Positions 51,791 to 52,798 of a DNA stretch of 52,798 nucleotides are shown here, in pieces. Every line of letters begins with the position of its first letter. The first letter of the stretch is position 1. The notes beneath the pieces are model-generated. The model was given only the letters and a program-made list of their open reading frames with translations, had not been told where the DNA came from and searched no databases. The position numbers and the translations under genes were made by a program. This stretch comes from Octopus sinensis (Eukaryota): positions 1-52,798 of the forward strand of contig NW_021833712.1 in NCBI RefSeq assembly GCF_006345805.1. Reading direction: 5' to 3'.

Positions 51791-52654
51791 AAGCCAACAC
51801 GAGGGAACTGGGCCTCCTCCTTAAACTAAGCTATGACTGTAACTACCTAGATAAACATGACCAGGTCACAGAGGGGAAGACCACCCACCATCACCTTGGC
51901 AGCGAAGAAAAGCACCACAGAGCGCTGGAATGGTTTGAACCATACTCACCCGGGACCCTAAGAACAACAGTTAGGTGAAAAGAATGATTGCACATGCAAT
52001 AGGAACTAACATAAGAACCATGGTTGCCAATTTAGCATATTTTATGCTAGATTTAGCATTTTTTTCAGCATTTAGCAGAAAATTTTTGAATCTAGCATTT
52101 AGCAAGGAAAATAGGTTTAAAATTTTATTTAGCATTTTTTTTAGCATTTTTCTCTGATCATGATATTTCTCCAATAGTTACCATTTTTTCTTCTTTTTCC
52201 TCCTTTTCTACTTTCGTTAATTTTCTTTCGCTTTCATGAAACTTCAAATGAAGATTTATTCAAAAAGAAGTTTATCAAGTTAAGAATTTTTCCATCCCCT
52301 CCCCCGGCCTGGATACGGAGTGGTGCTGGTGGGGGAGGGGAGAATATAATTCATGTCAGCACCTGAACTCACTACATAATAATGTAAATATGTTGCAAAT
52401 AATGAAATTTGTTCTAACAATGCTTTATTCTGTAGTGGTGAGTTTTTATCATGACAGGTTGTCTGATTTACTTTCAGTTTGACTGTTTTAAAATAGACGT
52501 GTATTTTTCATGCTTGTTTTGGATTATATATCTTGTGTAGAAGTATGGGTTTGGCAGGGGTCTTCCCCTTTATATTTCTACTTTTTTTTTCAAGTATCTC
52601 TTATGATAATTGTAGTTATATTTCTGGCTTTATCAATAGATATTAAATGTAAGA

Positions 52655-52798
52655 TTGAAAGCGAGCTCCACCACTTTGATGACATCTTAAATGTACTAAC
52701 TGAGGGCTCCAACGCGGATGTCATATACCTTGATTTCAGCAAGGCCTTTGATAGAATCAACCATAATATATTGTTAAAGAAATTATACAACGCTGGAG
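52655..52798 (+). mobile_element. CR1/L2-type LINE RT fragment running off the window
   Basis: HFDDILNVLTEGSNADVIYLDFSKAFDRINHNILLKKLYNAG. Confidence 0.85.

Noticed and set aside
52020-52160. Repeated TTTAGCA motifs as a transposon subterminal array
   Set aside because: No terminal repeat partner or target duplication was found, so there is too little support to call.

Overview
Eukaryotic, repeat-dense DNA, most likely a coleoid cephalopod (Octopus); this is inferred from recognised SINE families, not from a database search. Bases 1-23700 are one minisatellite array of a 24-27 bp unit (ACA ACA ACA GTA AAA GCT GAA GAA CCA = TTTVKAEEP; the antisense reads GSSAFTVVV). It has been chopped into dozens of alternately oriented blocks, which switch mostly at the unit's internal AGCT palindrome, and was then amplified as 5-6 kb higher-order repeats. 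Bases 23.7-52.8 kb are nested transposons: two R4/Dong-like RLE LINEs (an old one split by nested insertions, a younger full-length one in TAA repeats), three internally deleted LTR elements with readable PBS/PPT/TSD signals, Penelope-like fragments, an RTE LINE, a long-TIR MITE, SINEs and a CR1/L2-type RT fragment. The only host-gene exon I can support is a 178-bp minus-strand exon (47606-47783), missed by the ORF track. It encodes the C-terminal half of a WSC domain interrupted by 17 alanines from a (GCT)17 tract. The best candidate system is a WSC-mucin gene whose T-rich repeat region became an inversion-scrambled satellite, in a locus that shows several independent microhomology-templated inverted or ectopic copies. 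The link between the exon and the array is inference only.
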